From: Spirochaetota bacterium
GTDB lineage: Bacteria > Spirochaetota > UBA4802 > UBA5550
Direction of reading: 5' to 3'
DNA length: 64,000 bases
Assembly: GCA_963664815.2 (NCBI GenBank)
Contig: CAXXHB010000003.1
Coordinates: 864,001-928,000, forward strand
The position numbers and the translations under genes were made by a program. Under the pieces are notes generated by a model. It worked only from the letters and a program-made list of their open reading frames with translations. It did no database searches and was not told the DNA's origin. Below are positions 49,722 through 60,332 of the stretch, one piece after another (position 1 is the first letter of the stretch; the number at the start of each line of letters is the position of its first letter).

Positions 49722-50537
49722 ATGGAAAAGAAGAATATGAGCATTGAAAGGAATGGGAATATTGCCATTGTAACAATTAACCGGCCGGAAAGAATGAATG
49801 CATTTGATGAATCTCTTTTCAGTAAGCTTGAAAAAGTGACTGAAGAACTGAAGCTCGATCTTCCTCGTGCTGTTGTGATTACCGGTGCAGGAGATAAATC
49901 TTTCAGTGCCGGATTTGATGTAAACCCTGATAACCCCATGGTGAAACGGATTATTGAGGCTGCGTCAAAAAAAGATCCAAAACCGGCAAGGGAACTTATT
50001 GAGTCAATAAGAAGAGCTGTTAATGGATTTGTTACTCTTCCTGTGCCGATAATAGCGGCACTGAACGGCAGTGCATACGGTGGAGGGGCAGAGCTGGCAA
50101 TGCAATGCGACATGAGGATTATTGATCCGGACTCTGTTATCTGTTTTTCAGAAACAAAACTTGGGCTTATGCCGGACTGGGGAGGCTGTGCCGCGCTGGC
50201 GCGGATAGCCGGATCATCCCTTGCATCGGAATTGATACTCACTGCAAGAAAAGTAAGTGCTGATGAATCACTCAGGACGGGTATAGTAAACAGGATAAGT
50301 GCAAAGGGGGATGTTCTTGGTGAAGCATTATCAATAGCCCGGACCATAGCAGCAAATGGTCCGCGTGCCGTGAGACATGCATTGGCTGTAATCAGAGAGT
50401 CACGGAACCTTACATTCCGGCAATCACTTGAGATGGAGTCTGAGCAGGCTGTATTGCTGATATCATCAGGTGAGTGCTTTCATGGTGTGGGAGCATTTCT
50501 GAATAAACAGGAACCTGTTTTTCCCGAAATAAATTAA
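49722..50537 (+). CDS. Enoyl-CoA hydratase/isomerase family
   Basis: FSAGFD, AYGGGAELA, ETKLGLMPDWGG. Confidence 0.92.
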   Translation: MEKKNMSIERNGNIAIVTINRPERMNAFDESLFSKLEKVTEELKLDLPRAVVITGAGDKSFSAGFDVNPDNPMVKRIIEAASKKDPKPARELIESIRRAVNGFVTLPVPIIAALNGSAYGGGAELAMQCDMRIIDPDSVICFSETKLGLMPDWGGCAALARIAGSSLASELILTARKVSADESLRTGIVNRISAKGDVLGEALSIARTIAANGPRAVRHALAVIRESRNLTFRQSLEMESEQAVLLISSGECFHGVGAFLNKQEPVFPEIN

Positions 50538-51027
50538 TGAAATCAGGGAAAAGTTGATCCTGCACTTCTTTTCTTTGAAGCACACCAGTCAACAGAGTCC
50601 ATCCCAGATGAACTGCTGAACTTCATCCTGCTGCATTTACAGCTGCATTTCCCGGCTCCGAATATTATGACCATAACATCTGCCATTTTATAGTATTACA
50701 TCTAAAACCATTTCTGTATGGTGATTAATATTTCTGTATAAAGGATTTTCTATCGAATTGTTCATTTATATTCTTTCCTGTTAAATGTATTATTTTATCA
50801 TATATCTGATCTGTTTTTTAGTATGGTTTCATATTTGCATTCAGATTTTATGTCATCCGTTAAGATACTTGACAAAATTCATTATTTATATAATTAAGTC
50901 GATTAAATTAGTAGTATATCAATCTTCTGAGTTTAAACTATAATCAATTTCTTTCAGAGCAATGTTTTTTACAGTCTAAAGTATTAAATGAGTTATTTTT
51001 ATAAAAAATTTTTTTTCTTATTTTTTA

Positions 51028-51074
51028 TTGACAAAATAATACGGCAATTAAATTACTACTAAAACAATAGTAAT
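51028..51074 (+). promoter_or_regulatory. Promoter with palindrome, candidate Rrf2 (CymR-like) operator
   Basis: TTGACA at 51028; ATTACTA-N9-TAGTAAT at 51052-51074. Confidence 0.45.
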
Positions 51075-51101
51075 GATAGTGATTAGAATAGGGGGTATAA
51101 A

Positions 51102-52400
51102 ATGAGTAAAATAGATGCGCAATTAAGAAGGGAGTCATTAGTACTTCATGCAGGTCAGGAACCGGATCCTGTTACCGGCTCAAGAGCAGTTCCAATTTAT
51201 CAGACTACATCATATCAGTTCAATAATACTGATCATGCTGCGGCACTTTTCGGTTTAACGGAATTTGGAAATATCTATACACGTCTGATGAATCCCACAA
51301 CAGATGTTCTTGAGAAGAGAATAGCAGCGCTTGAGGGTGGTATCGGAGCGCTTGCTACAGCAAGCGGCCAGGCGGCCATATCGCTTTCATTGCTGAACAT
51401 TGCCAGATCAGGAGATGAAATAGTCTCTGCGGATAATCTTTATGGCGGAACATATAACCTTTTCCATAACACATTTGCTAAATTTGGTATTAAAGTAAAT
51501 TTTGTTAAATCAAATGACCTTGATGCAATTGAAAAGGCAATTACTTCCAAAACAAAGGCTGTTTATGCGGAGTCAATTGGTAATCCAAAACTCGATGTGG
51601 CAAATCTGGAGGGCATATCGGCGATTGCACATAAACATGGTATCCCATTTGTCCTGGATAATACTGTTTCTCCATATTTACTGAGACCTTTTGATTATGG
51701 CGTTGATATCATAGTATATTCTGCAACGAAGTTTATAGGTGGACATGGAACAACAATGGGTGGAGTAATTGTAGATTCCGGCAAGTTCAATTGGGATAGC
51801 GGGAAATTCCCATTAATCTCAGATCCGGAGCCGAGTTACCATGGGCTTAAGTTTATTGAAGCGCTGGCGCCTATTGGTAATATTGCGTATATACTGAAAG
51901 CAAGAGTAACCCTGCTCAGGGACCTTGGCCCGGCAATATCTCCTATAAGTTCATTCCTGCTGCTTCAGGGACTTGAAACATTACATCTTAGAATGCCCAG
52001 GCATGCGGAAAATGCCCTTGCTGTTGCTAAACACCTTGAAAACCATAAGTCAGTCGCATGGGTTGCCTATCCTGGTCTTGATAAAAGTCCTGATAAAAAG
52101 CTTGCAGATAAATATCTGAAAGGCGGTGCTGGCGCGATAATAGGTTTTGGTATAAAAGGCGGGATTGAAGCGGGTAAGAAATTTATAAATTCACTTGAAC
52201 TCATATCACATCTTGCGAACGTGGGGGATGCGAAAACTCTTGCTATACATCCGGCGAGTACTACTCACCAGCAGCTTTCACCTGATGAACAGGCTGCAAC
52301 AGGTGTAACTCCGGATTTTATCAGGCTTTCAATCGGGATTGAGCATATTGATGATATACTGGCTGATATAAACCAGGCACTGGAAAAAGCAGTTAAATAG
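51102..52400 (+). CDS. metY: O-acetylhomoserine/O-acetylserine sulfhydrylase
   Basis: [50 protein letters not shown]. Confidence 0.95.
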   Translation: MSKIDAQLRRESLVLHAGQEPDPVTGSRAVPIYQTTSYQFNNTDHAAALFGLTEFGNIYTRLMNPTTDVLEKRIAALEGGIGALATASGQAAISLSLLNIARSGDEIVSADNLYGGTYNLFHNTFAKFGIKVNFVKSNDLDAIEKAITSKTKAVYAESIGNPKLDVANLEGISAIAHKHGIPFVLDNTVSPYLLRPFDYGVDIIVYSATKFIGGHGTTMGGVIVDSGKFNWDSGKFPLISDPEPSYHGLKFIEALAPIGNIAYILKARVTLLRDLGPAISPISSFLLLQGLETLHLRMPRHAENALAVAKHLENHKSVAWVAYPGLDKSPDKKLADKYLKGGAGAIIGFGIKGGIEAGKKFINSLELISHLANVGDAKTLAIHPASTTHQQLSPDEQAATGVTPDFIRLSIGIEHIDDILADINQALEKAVK

Positions 52401-52469
52401 ATTAATTTATTTTATATGTGGGTATAATGCAATCTCCCATGAAGAGTTTAAAACAAATGAGGTAACAGT

Positions 52470-53399
52470 ATGGCAAGAATATTTGATGACATAACAAAAA
52501 CAATTGGGAATACACCGCTTGTAAGGATTAATAAACTGAATACGGCTAAAGATGTGACAATTCTTGCGAAATTGGAGTCGTTTAATCCATTATCGAGTGT
52601 TAAAGACAGGCTTGGTGCAGCCCTTATAGAAGCTGCCGAAAAGAACGGACTTATTAAAGAGGGAACAACCATTATAGAACCTACCAGTGGTAATACCGGT
52701 ATCGCGCTTGCATTTGTCAGCGCCGCAAAAGGGTACAGGCTTATACTTACAATGCCTGAAACAATGAGCATCGAAAGGAGGCAGCTTCTTAAAATATTTG
52801 GTGCTGAACTTGTTCTTACTGACGGGAAACTGGGGATGAAAGGCGCTATAGCTAAAGCTGTAGAGCTTCAAAAGGAGATTCCGAACTCATTTATACCGCA
52901 ACAGTTTGACAACCCTGCAAATCCGGAAATTCACAGAAAAACAACAGCAGAGGAGATCTGGAATGATACAGATGGAGCGGTTGATATTGTAATAGGTGGA
53001 GTTGGTACCGGTGGTACAATTACAGGGGTTGGAGAGGTTCTTAAGAAAAGAAAATCTTCAGTAAAAATAATAGCTGTAGAACCGGTAGATTCACCTGTCC
53101 TTTCCGGAGGAACACCCGGCCCGCATAAAATCCAGGGTATTGGAGCGGGTTTTATCCCTCAGGTTTATAATAAGGATATTGTCGATGAAATAATACAGGT
53201 AGCACATACTGATGCAGGCGACACCTCAAGAAGACTTGCAAAAGAGGAGGGTGTTCTTGTGGGAATTTCAAGTGGTGCAGCGCTTTTTGCGGCTTTATCT
53301 GTTGCCAAAAGAAAAGAATCATCCGGAAAAACAATTGTTGTGGTACTTCCTGATACTGGAGAAAGATATCTTTCGACATGGCTCTTTGATTTACAATAA
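52470..53399 (+). CDS. cysK: Cysteine synthase A
   Basis: [49 protein letters not shown]. Confidence 0.97.
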   Translation: MARIFDDITKTIGNTPLVRINKLNTAKDVTILAKLESFNPLSSVKDRLGAALIEAAEKNGLIKEGTTIIEPTSGNTGIALAFVSAAKGYRLILTMPETMSIERRQLLKIFGAELVLTDGKLGMKGAIAKAVELQKEIPNSFIPQQFDNPANPEIHRKTTAEEIWNDTDGAVDIVIGGVGTGGTITGVGEVLKKRKSSVKIIAVEPVDSPVLSGGTPGPHKIQGIGAGFIPQVYNKDIVDEIIQVAHTDAGDTSRRLAKEEGVLVGISSGAALFAALSVAKRKESSGKTIVVVLPDTGERYLSTWLFDLQ

Positions 53400-53588
53400 T
53401 CTGATCAGGATATAAAAAAATCTTATGATAAACAAATGCTAGAAGGCGGTCACGCCGGCCGTCTTGATGGCTCCCGCTTAGATCCTGTTATAAAGTGTAA
53501 AATGTTGTAACATTTTATAAAGAGTTATTGACGAATACACTACCATTTTAATTATAAAGATAGTAATTTAAATTTAAGGAGTTGTATA

Positions 53589-54038
53589 ATGCGCCTTTCA
53601 ACACGTTCAAGATACGGAGTTCGATTAATGCTTGCTCTTGCTGCAAATAAACAGAAAAAACCGGTTTTTCTGAAAGATATAGCAAATTCTGAAGAGATAT
53701 CAGAAAAGTATTTAAGTCAGATTATAATTCCATTAAAGGGAAAAGGTCTTGTAACTACATTCAGGGGCGCTCATGGGGGTTATCTTTTAAGCAGGCCGGC
53801 ATCTGAAATTTCTTTAAGAGAAATTATCGAACCGTTAGAAGGTGATCTAAGTTTAGTAGATTGCGTTAATAATCCGGGAGTTTGCGACAGGGCAAATGCA
53901 TGTGCTTCAAGGGAAGTCTGGGATGAGTTAAGTTCTCTATTGCTGAATTTTCTCGATACATTTACGCTTGAGGATCTTATTAAGAAATCGAGTAAAATCA
54001 CTAATCACAACAGTTTTAAAACAGATTATTCAATTTAA
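53589..54038 (+). CDS. Rrf2 family regulator (CymR/IscR-like)
   Basis: MRLSTRSRYG, ISEKYLSQI, RGAHGGY, three Cys. Confidence 0.93.
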   Translation: MRLSTRSRYGVRLMLALAANKQKKPVFLKDIANSEEISEKYLSQIIIPLKGKGLVTTFRGAHGGYLLSRPASEISLREIIEPLEGDLSLVDCVNNPGVCDRANACASREVWDELSSLLLNFLDTFTLEDLIKKSSKITNHNSFKTDYSI

Positions 54039-54073
54039 TAAAATGGATATTCAGAAATGAACATAACAGCGTC

Positions 54074-54483
54074 GGCGTAAAAAAGCCCTCTCATGGAGTG
54101 TGGATTTTCAAAAGAGGAGATAAGAAATATTTCAAAAGATATGCCCCCCTTCATGGGACAGACCATCAAATCCATGTTTGGCCAGCGGAATCCCATATTG
54201 AAACCGTATTATCATGGAAAAGCTTAAGATGATTGCTGAAGCAGAAAACTTTATGCGAGAATTAGGATTCAATGTAGTAAGAGTGAGACATCATGATCTG
54301 ATGGCAAAAATTGAAGTGCCAGTCGCGGATATAAAAAAATTATTCTCGGATGATTTAAATGATAAAGTAAGTAACAGGTTGAAAGAGCTTGGATTTAAAT
54401 GGGTTTCTATAGATATCCAGGGGTACAAGCAGGGTAATCTGAACAAGGCACTTGATATTAAAAAAATTAAAACGGATAGTTAG
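54074..54483 (+). pseudogene. larE: LarE-like ATP-dependent sulfur transferase, C-terminal remnant
   Basis: SPLMECGFSKEEIR, frameshift, PSWDRPSNPCLASGIPY, TGA, then ...VRVRHH...IEV...GYKQGNLN; N-terminal PP-loop half is absent. Confidence 0.8.
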
Positions 54484-54484
54484 A

Positions 54485-55564
54485 ATGAAAATAGCAGTAG
54501 GTATGAGCGGTGGTGTGGATTCTTCAACAGCCGCGCTTATTCTAAAGCAGCAGGGGCATGAGGTAATAGGAATTACAATGTCTATATGGGACGGGACATT
54601 TGCGTTTTCGCATTCCGGAAAGAATGCATGCTATGGCCCTGATGAAAAGGTTGATATTGCGGAAGCTGAAAAGGTTTGTGAGCAGATTGATATTCCTTTT
54701 CATGTTATTGACTGTTCTAAGGACTATAAACAAACAGTGATTGAATATTTCAGGAATGAGTACATCAACGCAAGAACTCCAAATCCATGTATAGTTTGTA
54801 ACCAAAAAATAAAATTCGGAAATCTACTTACAAAAGCAAAAGCTTCAGGTATAGATTTTGATAAATTTGCAACCGGGCATTATGCAAAAATAGTACATGA
54901 TGAAGAAACAGACCGTTTTCTGCTGAAAAAAGGGGCAGATAAGAATAAAGATCAGTCGTATTTTCTATATAAACTCTCTCAACAGCAGTTTGCAGGGACT
55001 ATTTTACCACTGGGGGGGATGACCAAGGATGAAGTCAGGAGTATTGCCAGATCAGCCGGTCTGACAGTATCTGATAAGGAAGAGAGCCAGGATTTTTACA
55101 GTGGAGATTACAGGAAACTTCTTAATGTCACAGACACTGAAGGTGAAATCGTTGATATGAACGGTCATGTAATAGGCAAGCACAAAGGTATATGGAATTA
55201 TACTCCCGGGCAAAGACGTGGACTTGGAATTGCAAACAGCGAACCGTTATATGTTGCAAGGATTGAGAGGGGCTCTAACAGAGTTATTGCTGGTACAAAA
55301 AATGATATCTTCAGATCTTCGTTTCAGGTTAATAATGTCAACTGGATTGCTCTTCATAAAGTATCTAAGATATTTTATGCTTCAGTAAAAACAAGGTCAA
55401 CCCAGTCCGGTGATGATGCGAAAATTGAACTTATAAATTCATTTAATGTAAAGGTGAATCTTGCAAATAATAGTACTTCTATTTCTCCGGGTCAATCAGC
55501 TGTTTTTTATGACGGTGATATTGTTATCGGTGGAGGAATAATCGAGCAGGATAACGGAAAATGA
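54485..55564 (+). CDS. mnmA: tRNA 2-thiouridine(34) synthase
   Basis: GMSGGVDSS, TPNPCIVCN, ATGHYA, KDQSYFL, YTPGQRRGLGI, PGQSAVFY. Confidence 0.95.
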   Translation: MKIAVGMSGGVDSSTAALILKQQGHEVIGITMSIWDGTFAFSHSGKNACYGPDEKVDIAEAEKVCEQIDIPFHVIDCSKDYKQTVIEYFRNEYINARTPNPCIVCNQKIKFGNLLTKAKASGIDFDKFATGHYAKIVHDEETDRFLLKKGADKNKDQSYFLYKLSQQQFAGTILPLGGMTKDEVRSIARSAGLTVSDKEESQDFYSGDYRKLLNVTDTEGEIVDMNGHVIGKHKGIWNYTPGQRRGLGIANSEPLYVARIERGSNRVIAGTKNDIFRSSFQVNNVNWIALHKVSKIFYASVKTRSTQSGDDAKIELINSFNVKVNLANNSTSISPGQSAVFYDGDIVIGGGIIEQDNGK

Positions 55565-55887
55565 TAAGCACTCAAAATGATAGATATTATAAGCAGATTC
55601 TTATCCCTCAGATTGGTGCGGATAGTCAGGGAAAACTTGGTAAATCGACGGTTGTAATTGCGGGATGTGGCGCGCTTGGAACATAATTTGCAAGCATAAT
55701 GGTTAGATCGGGAGTTGGCAATGTTGTTATTATAGATCGTGATTAAATTGATTACGATAACCTCCCGAGGCAAATACAATTTGATGAAGATGATATCAGA
55801 AAAGGGCTCCCAAAATCGGTTGCTGCAGCTGATAAATTCAGGCTGGTTAATTCAGCAGTAAAAATTATTCCGGTTGTTGAGGATTTA
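55561..55887 (+). pseudogene. ThiF/MoeB family adenylyltransferase pseudogene (not in ORF track)
   Basis: DRYYKQILIPQIG..SQGKL...IAGCGALGT*...IIDRD*IDYDNLPRQ; in-frame TAA at 55684 and 55744; 3' half missing. Confidence 0.88.
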
Positions 55888-56134
55888 CATATTCAACTCT
55901 TTCCGGATTCATGCGGTTTTGGAGCCTTTGAAAACAGATTTAATATCTTTTTAAAATTAAATTGCTGAATTATCTTTGAAATTCATTATTTGTAATAAGA
56001 GTTTATATCTGTTCAGTAAATACATTAAATCTTAAATATTAAACAAAAATAGCATTTTTTATTTTATTATTGAAATTTTAAATTTAAATAATTCTATTCT
56101 GTACAATTTAAAATTATTCAGGCGGAGTAAGACA

Positions 56135-58069
56135 TTGGAATACTGGAAAGAACATATAGAACATATGGCTCAGGGAATCAGGGTCAGGGTACTTGAGCAT
56201 ACAATTGAAAATAATGGCGGGTATCTGAGTCAGGCCTGCTCTTCGGCTGAGATTTTGGCGTGCCTTTATGGCAGAATACTCAAACTCGGTAATGTGGTTA
56301 TACCGAAACTTCCTGAAAAATTTAGCGGAGTTCCAGGACCGGAGAATAAAAACTACCGGAATGGATCATCATTTCATGGTGAGAAATCTTCATATTACGA
56401 CAGGTTTTTTTTATCTCCTTCTCAATATTCTCTCGTACTATATGCTGCTTTGATTGAAGCGGGGCGTATGGACAAAAATGGTTTGGCTGAATTTAATATA
56501 GACGGCAGTACAGTAGAAATGATAGGTGCGGAACATTCTCCGGGAATGGAGATAATGTCCGGTTCATTAGGCCAGGGTATTAGTCAGGCTTTCGGAATTG
56601 CAATGGCAAGAAAACTGAAAAATGAAACCGGCAGAGTGGTTATTTTCATGTCTGACGGCGAGTTCCAGATCGGTCAGACATGGGAAGCATTACAGGCAGC
56701 ATCATTTCATAAACTGAATAATGTAATCATTTTTGTTGATGTTAATGGGTTCCAATGTGACGGACGGATGGCAGATGTAATGAATATTGAACCGCTGGAT
56801 AAACGTCTTGAAGCGTTCGGCATCAGAACTTTTAGAATTAACGGTCACGATATAGATGCACTTGTCACTCACGGGATGATGGAGCCGGACAGCAGCAGGC
56901 CAACATGTATACTTTGCGATACTATCCCATATCGTGGAATTGAAGTATTGAAGAAACGGGAACCCAAATTTCACTATGTCAGATTTGCAGGAGCTGAAGA
57001 GAAAAGAGAACTTCTGGAATATTATAAAACTGTAGTAAAACCAACTGAAGAAAAAGAGAATGATTTAATTTTAAGCAGGGTGCATGCGAAGAATCTTGTA
57101 ACCTGGGCTAAGGATAAGCCGGAGGTCGTAGTCCTCTCGGCTGATCTGACTGGCTCGACGGAGATTGATAACTTCAGGGACATGTATCCCGACAGGTTTT
57201 TTTCAATGGGTATAGCTGAACAGAATATGCTTTCATTTGCAGGGGGACTTGCGAGAGAGGGATATATACCATTTATACATACTTTTGCTGTGTTTATATA
57301 CAGAAGGGCATTTGATCAGATAGCCATGTCTGTAGCTTATCCTAATTTGCCTGTGAAGATGTTCGGGTTTCTCCCCGGAATAATGACACCTGGGGGAGCA
57401 ACTCACCAGGCAATTGAAGACGTTTCTGTAATGCGCTCTCTTCCTAATATGACAATACTTGATTGTGGTGACGCAACAGATGTTGAATCAGTGCTTGATG
57501 CCGCATTGAGTGTAAATGGCCCTGTTTATATAAGAATGTTACGCGGTGAAATACCGCGATTATTTGATAAATCCCAGCCGATGATCATCGGAAAATCGAG
57601 AAGATTATCGTATGGAGATGATATCGTGCTGGTTACTTCCGGAATATGCACGGAGGAAGCGCTTCGTGCAATTGTGGCGCTCAGAAGATATAATATCGGA
57701 ATAAGTCATTTCCATTTAATAACGTTAAAACCATTTAATGATCAGGAAATCATTCAGGCCATTGAACAATCGAAGTATGGTGTAATAACTATGGAAAACC
57801 ATACAATCGTTGGTGGAATTGGTACTATTATTGCGGAGAAGATGGCAGAACTGGGAATAAATAAGAAACTGTTTCGTATAGGACTTAATGATACATTTGT
57901 TCATGGAGCGAGTAAGGACTATCTGATGAAAAAGTATGGTCTTGATGCGATGAAACTTGTACGAACAATTGAATCGATTATAAAACAGAGACCGCTGATA
58001 ACAGAGGATGATCTTGGTGCTATAAGAACCATGGCCGTTCATTCTATTGCAAAACCTGAGGCGCTTTAG
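56135..58069 (+). CDS. Transketolase-family ThDP enzyme, fused N- and C-subunits
   Basis: GSLGQG, SDGEFQIGQTWEA...VDVNG, SADLTGS, MGIAEQN, GGATHQA. Confidence 0.9.
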   Translation: MEYWKEHIEHMAQGIRVRVLEHTIENNGGYLSQACSSAEILACLYGRILKLGNVVIPKLPEKFSGVPGPENKNYRNGSSFHGEKSSYYDRFFLSPSQYSLVLYAALIEAGRMDKNGLAEFNIDGSTVEMIGAEHSPGMEIMSGSLGQGISQAFGIAMARKLKNETGRVVIFMSDGEFQIGQTWEALQAASFHKLNNVIIFVDVNGFQCDGRMADVMNIEPLDKRLEAFGIRTFRINGHDIDALVTHGMMEPDSSRPTCILCDTIPYRGIEVLKKREPKFHYVRFAGAEEKRELLEYYKTVVKPTEEKENDLILSRVHAKNLVTWAKDKPEVVVLSADLTGSTEIDNFRDMYPDRFFSMGIAEQNMLSFAGGLAREGYIPFIHTFAVFIYRRAFDQIAMSVAYPNLPVKMFGFLPGIMTPGGATHQAIEDVSVMRSLPNMTILDCGDATDVESVLDAALSVNGPVYIRMLRGEIPRLFDKSQPMIIGKSRRLSYGDDIVLVTSGICTEEALRAIVALRRYNIGISHFHLITLKPFNDQEIIQAIEQSKYGVITMENHTIVGGIGTIIAEKMAELGINKKLFRIGLNDTFVHGASKDYLMKKYGLDAMKLVRTIESIIKQRPLITEDDLGAIRTMAVHSIAKPEAL

Positions 58070-58079
58070 TAAAAAATAT

Positions 58080-59198
58080 ATGGAAAGAAGAATTTCTGGT
58101 GAAAGATTTATTGTCTCATATAATCTCTCCGGGCGTGAGACTGATGCACTTGCTGCCGCAAAAGATATATGCATAGAACAAACGGTGGAGTTTCCGGATG
58201 AACTTATAAATGATAAGTTTATCCGTGATAATATATTTGGCAGACTAGAATCTTTTAATCGAATTAAAGATGATCTTTTCAGCGCTGATATCAGTTTTGC
58301 TGTAGAAACTACAGCTTATGAATTTACACAGTTTTTGAATGTGATATTCGGTAATATCAGTCTTAAACCGGGGATTATCATAGAAAACATTATATTACCG
58401 GACAGTTTTTTAACAGATTTCAAAGGTCCTCGGTTTGGGATTTCCGGACTTCGTAATATACTTAATGTTTTTGACAGGCCATTTATTGCATCTGCAATAA
58501 AACCGATGGGTATGTCCTCTGTACAGTTTGCTGAGCTGACAGCTCTTTTCTCTAAGGGAGGAATTGATATAATCAAAGATGATCATGGACTTTCCAGTCA
58601 GCCATTTTCAACATTCAAAGAGAGAGTTAAGTTATGTTCAGATGTTCTTAATTCTACATGTGAGTGTAAGACTCTCTATTTCCCGAACATAACGGCCCCT
58701 TTTTCTGAGATCATTGATAGGGCATATTATGCAAAAGAACAGGGTGCTGGTGGAATACTGATAGCACCTGCAATAACAGGTTTTGACTGTATGAAATATC
58801 TGGCTGATGATGAGAATTTCGGTCTTCCGATAATGAGTCATCCAGCCTTCATTGGATCATACCTCTCCGGAACTTCAGGGTTTTCACATGGAGTACTGCT
58901 TGGAACTTTAATGAGGTTATCCGGAGCTGATATAGTCGTTTACCCGAATTTTGGAGGGAGATTTTCATTTTCGAAAGATGAATGCCTTGATATTTCTGTT
59001 AAATGCAGAAATGATATGAAACATATAAAAACTATATTGCCTTCACCAGGCGGAGGTATGAACTTTTCAAATATTCCGGAAATGACTTCATTCTACGGAA
59101 AAGATGTAATTTATCTTATGGGGGGAGGACTTTTTAAAAGAAGCCCTGACCTTGTGGAGAACTGCCGGGAACTCTCGCGTCTTGTCTACGGGGACTAA
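58080..59198 (+). CDS. RuBisCO-like protein (form IV), R. rubrum MTRu-1-P isomerase-like clade
   Basis: ICIEQTVEFP, FGNISL, SAIKPMG, GGIDIIKDDHGL, PNFGGRF, PSPGGGM; short (about 370 aa). Confidence 0.9.
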   Translation: MERRISGERFIVSYNLSGRETDALAAAKDICIEQTVEFPDELINDKFIRDNIFGRLESFNRIKDDLFSADISFAVETTAYEFTQFLNVIFGNISLKPGIIIENIILPDSFLTDFKGPRFGISGLRNILNVFDRPFIASAIKPMGMSSVQFAELTALFSKGGIDIIKDDHGLSSQPFSTFKERVKLCSDVLNSTCECKTLYFPNITAPFSEIIDRAYYAKEQGAGGILIAPAITGFDCMKYLADDENFGLPIMSHPAFIGSYLSGTSGFSHGVLLGTLMRLSGADIVVYPNFGGRFSFSKDECLDISVKCRNDMKHIKTILPSPGGGMNFSNIPEMTSFYGKDVIYLMGGGLFKRSPDLVENCRELSRLVYGD

Positions 59199-59595
59199 TT
59201 AACAAAATCTCAATTGGCAATTTCTATGTCTGCGGTTATTTTATAAAACTTTATAATGTTTATTTTTAAAAGTAAAAGGATTTTATTAAAGTTTCGTTTC
59301 GTTGCTTCATTTACAGATATTGAACTGATTTTCTACTTTTCCCGGGATTATGAGTACTGCCGAAATTATTAATATATGCGACATCTCAGTTTTTGTCGTA
59401 AAGGTAAGGCTCATCGCGTGAAAAATACTGAACAGAATTCTGACAGAAGGATGTTACTTCTACTACGATAAAAAACAGTAATATTAGTAGTATTTTTTAT
59501 ATTGTTTCAAAATTCTATGTTGCATCGATGATATTATATAAATAGACTATAATAGAAAATTATTTTTTATACACGAATATTTAAATACACTTTAA

Positions 59596-59636
59596 ATTTC
59601 AGTGCCTCATAAAAATAATTATTGAGTCACTGAAAC
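59596..59636. terminator. Hairpin downstream of the minus-strand operon
   Basis: TTTCAGTG.CTCA ... TGAG.CACTGAAA. Confidence 0.6.
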
Positions 59637-59662
59637 TTTAAATATAATCAGTACAGGATTAA

Positions 59663-60154
59663 CTACATATTCATCCCGCCATGTCCTGCTCCGGAGAAGA
59701 CTGCAGGTGACAACATACCGAAGATCATTGCAATATGAGCAACTACCAGGAATATTGCAACGAAAATGGCGTGAAGTTTAAGTCTTTCCATGTCATCTTT
59801 GTTTTTGCAGATAATTTTAAGTTCAATCAATGTCATACCAAATAAAGGAACAACACCCAGCAGGTATGAACCAACAGCAATAACGTCAATGAATGTTCTC
59901 CATTGTCCTGTGGCAGTAATTGGTATTACTGCGTTTTTAAACAGGTATATAAAAACACCGACAAAATATATACCAACAAAGATTCCGGCAACTTTACTTA
60001 TCTTTTTGGCAATACTGTTAAAGTCTTTAGTGTAAAGAATATAAAGCTCTGTTATTGCAATTGTCTCAGCAAGAATCACCGGAATAGCCATAAAAAGCAG
60101 CAGATTCCAGGGTTGATTTGAAGCAAGTAATTCCATATAATGTGTCATTTGCAT
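59663..60154 (-). CDS. Four-TM membrane protein (DUF6803-like permease)
   Basis: MTHYMELLASNQPWNLLLFMAIPVILAET...LVVAHIAMIFGM. Confidence 0.75.
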   Translation of the reverse strand: MQMTHYMELLASNQPWNLLLFMAIPVILAETIAITELYILYTKDFNSIAKKISKVAGIFVGIYFVGVFIYLFKNAVIPITATGQWRTFIDVIAVGSYLLGVVPLFGMTLIELKIICKNKDDMERLKLHAIFVAIFLVVAHIAMIFGMLSPAVFSGAGHGGMNM

Positions 60155-60332
60155 ATTGTTTCTCCAGTTATAATATTTTTAAGTATTAAGGATTTTTATA
60201 TAGTAAAATCACTTAATGATAAGTCCGTAATTGCTGATTGATCTCCATTATAAATCATAATGGTAATGTATCTGTTTCCACTCCCCTTTGCAAAAAAAAT
60301 AATTTTATCAGAATAAAACCTGTTACAAGGTT

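Noticed and set aside
49595-50347. Long antisense ORFs (also 36308-36952, 40796-41395)
   Set aside because: They lie opposite well-supported genes and have no recognisable motifs
50545-50690. Small minus-strand ORF or FAD-oxidoreductase remnant (IIFGAG/NAAVNAA with a frameshift)
   Set aside because: Too short and degenerate to support
55561-55887. Stop-codon recoding explaining the in-frame TAA in thiF and hsdR
   Set aside because: TAA ends many intact genes here, and both loci are also truncated, so pseudogenisation is simpler
58080-59198. Carbon-fixing RuBisCO / Calvin cycle with transketolase
   Set aside because: KDDH instead of KDDE, short length, and no small subunit or phosphoribulokinase; this is a form IV RLP
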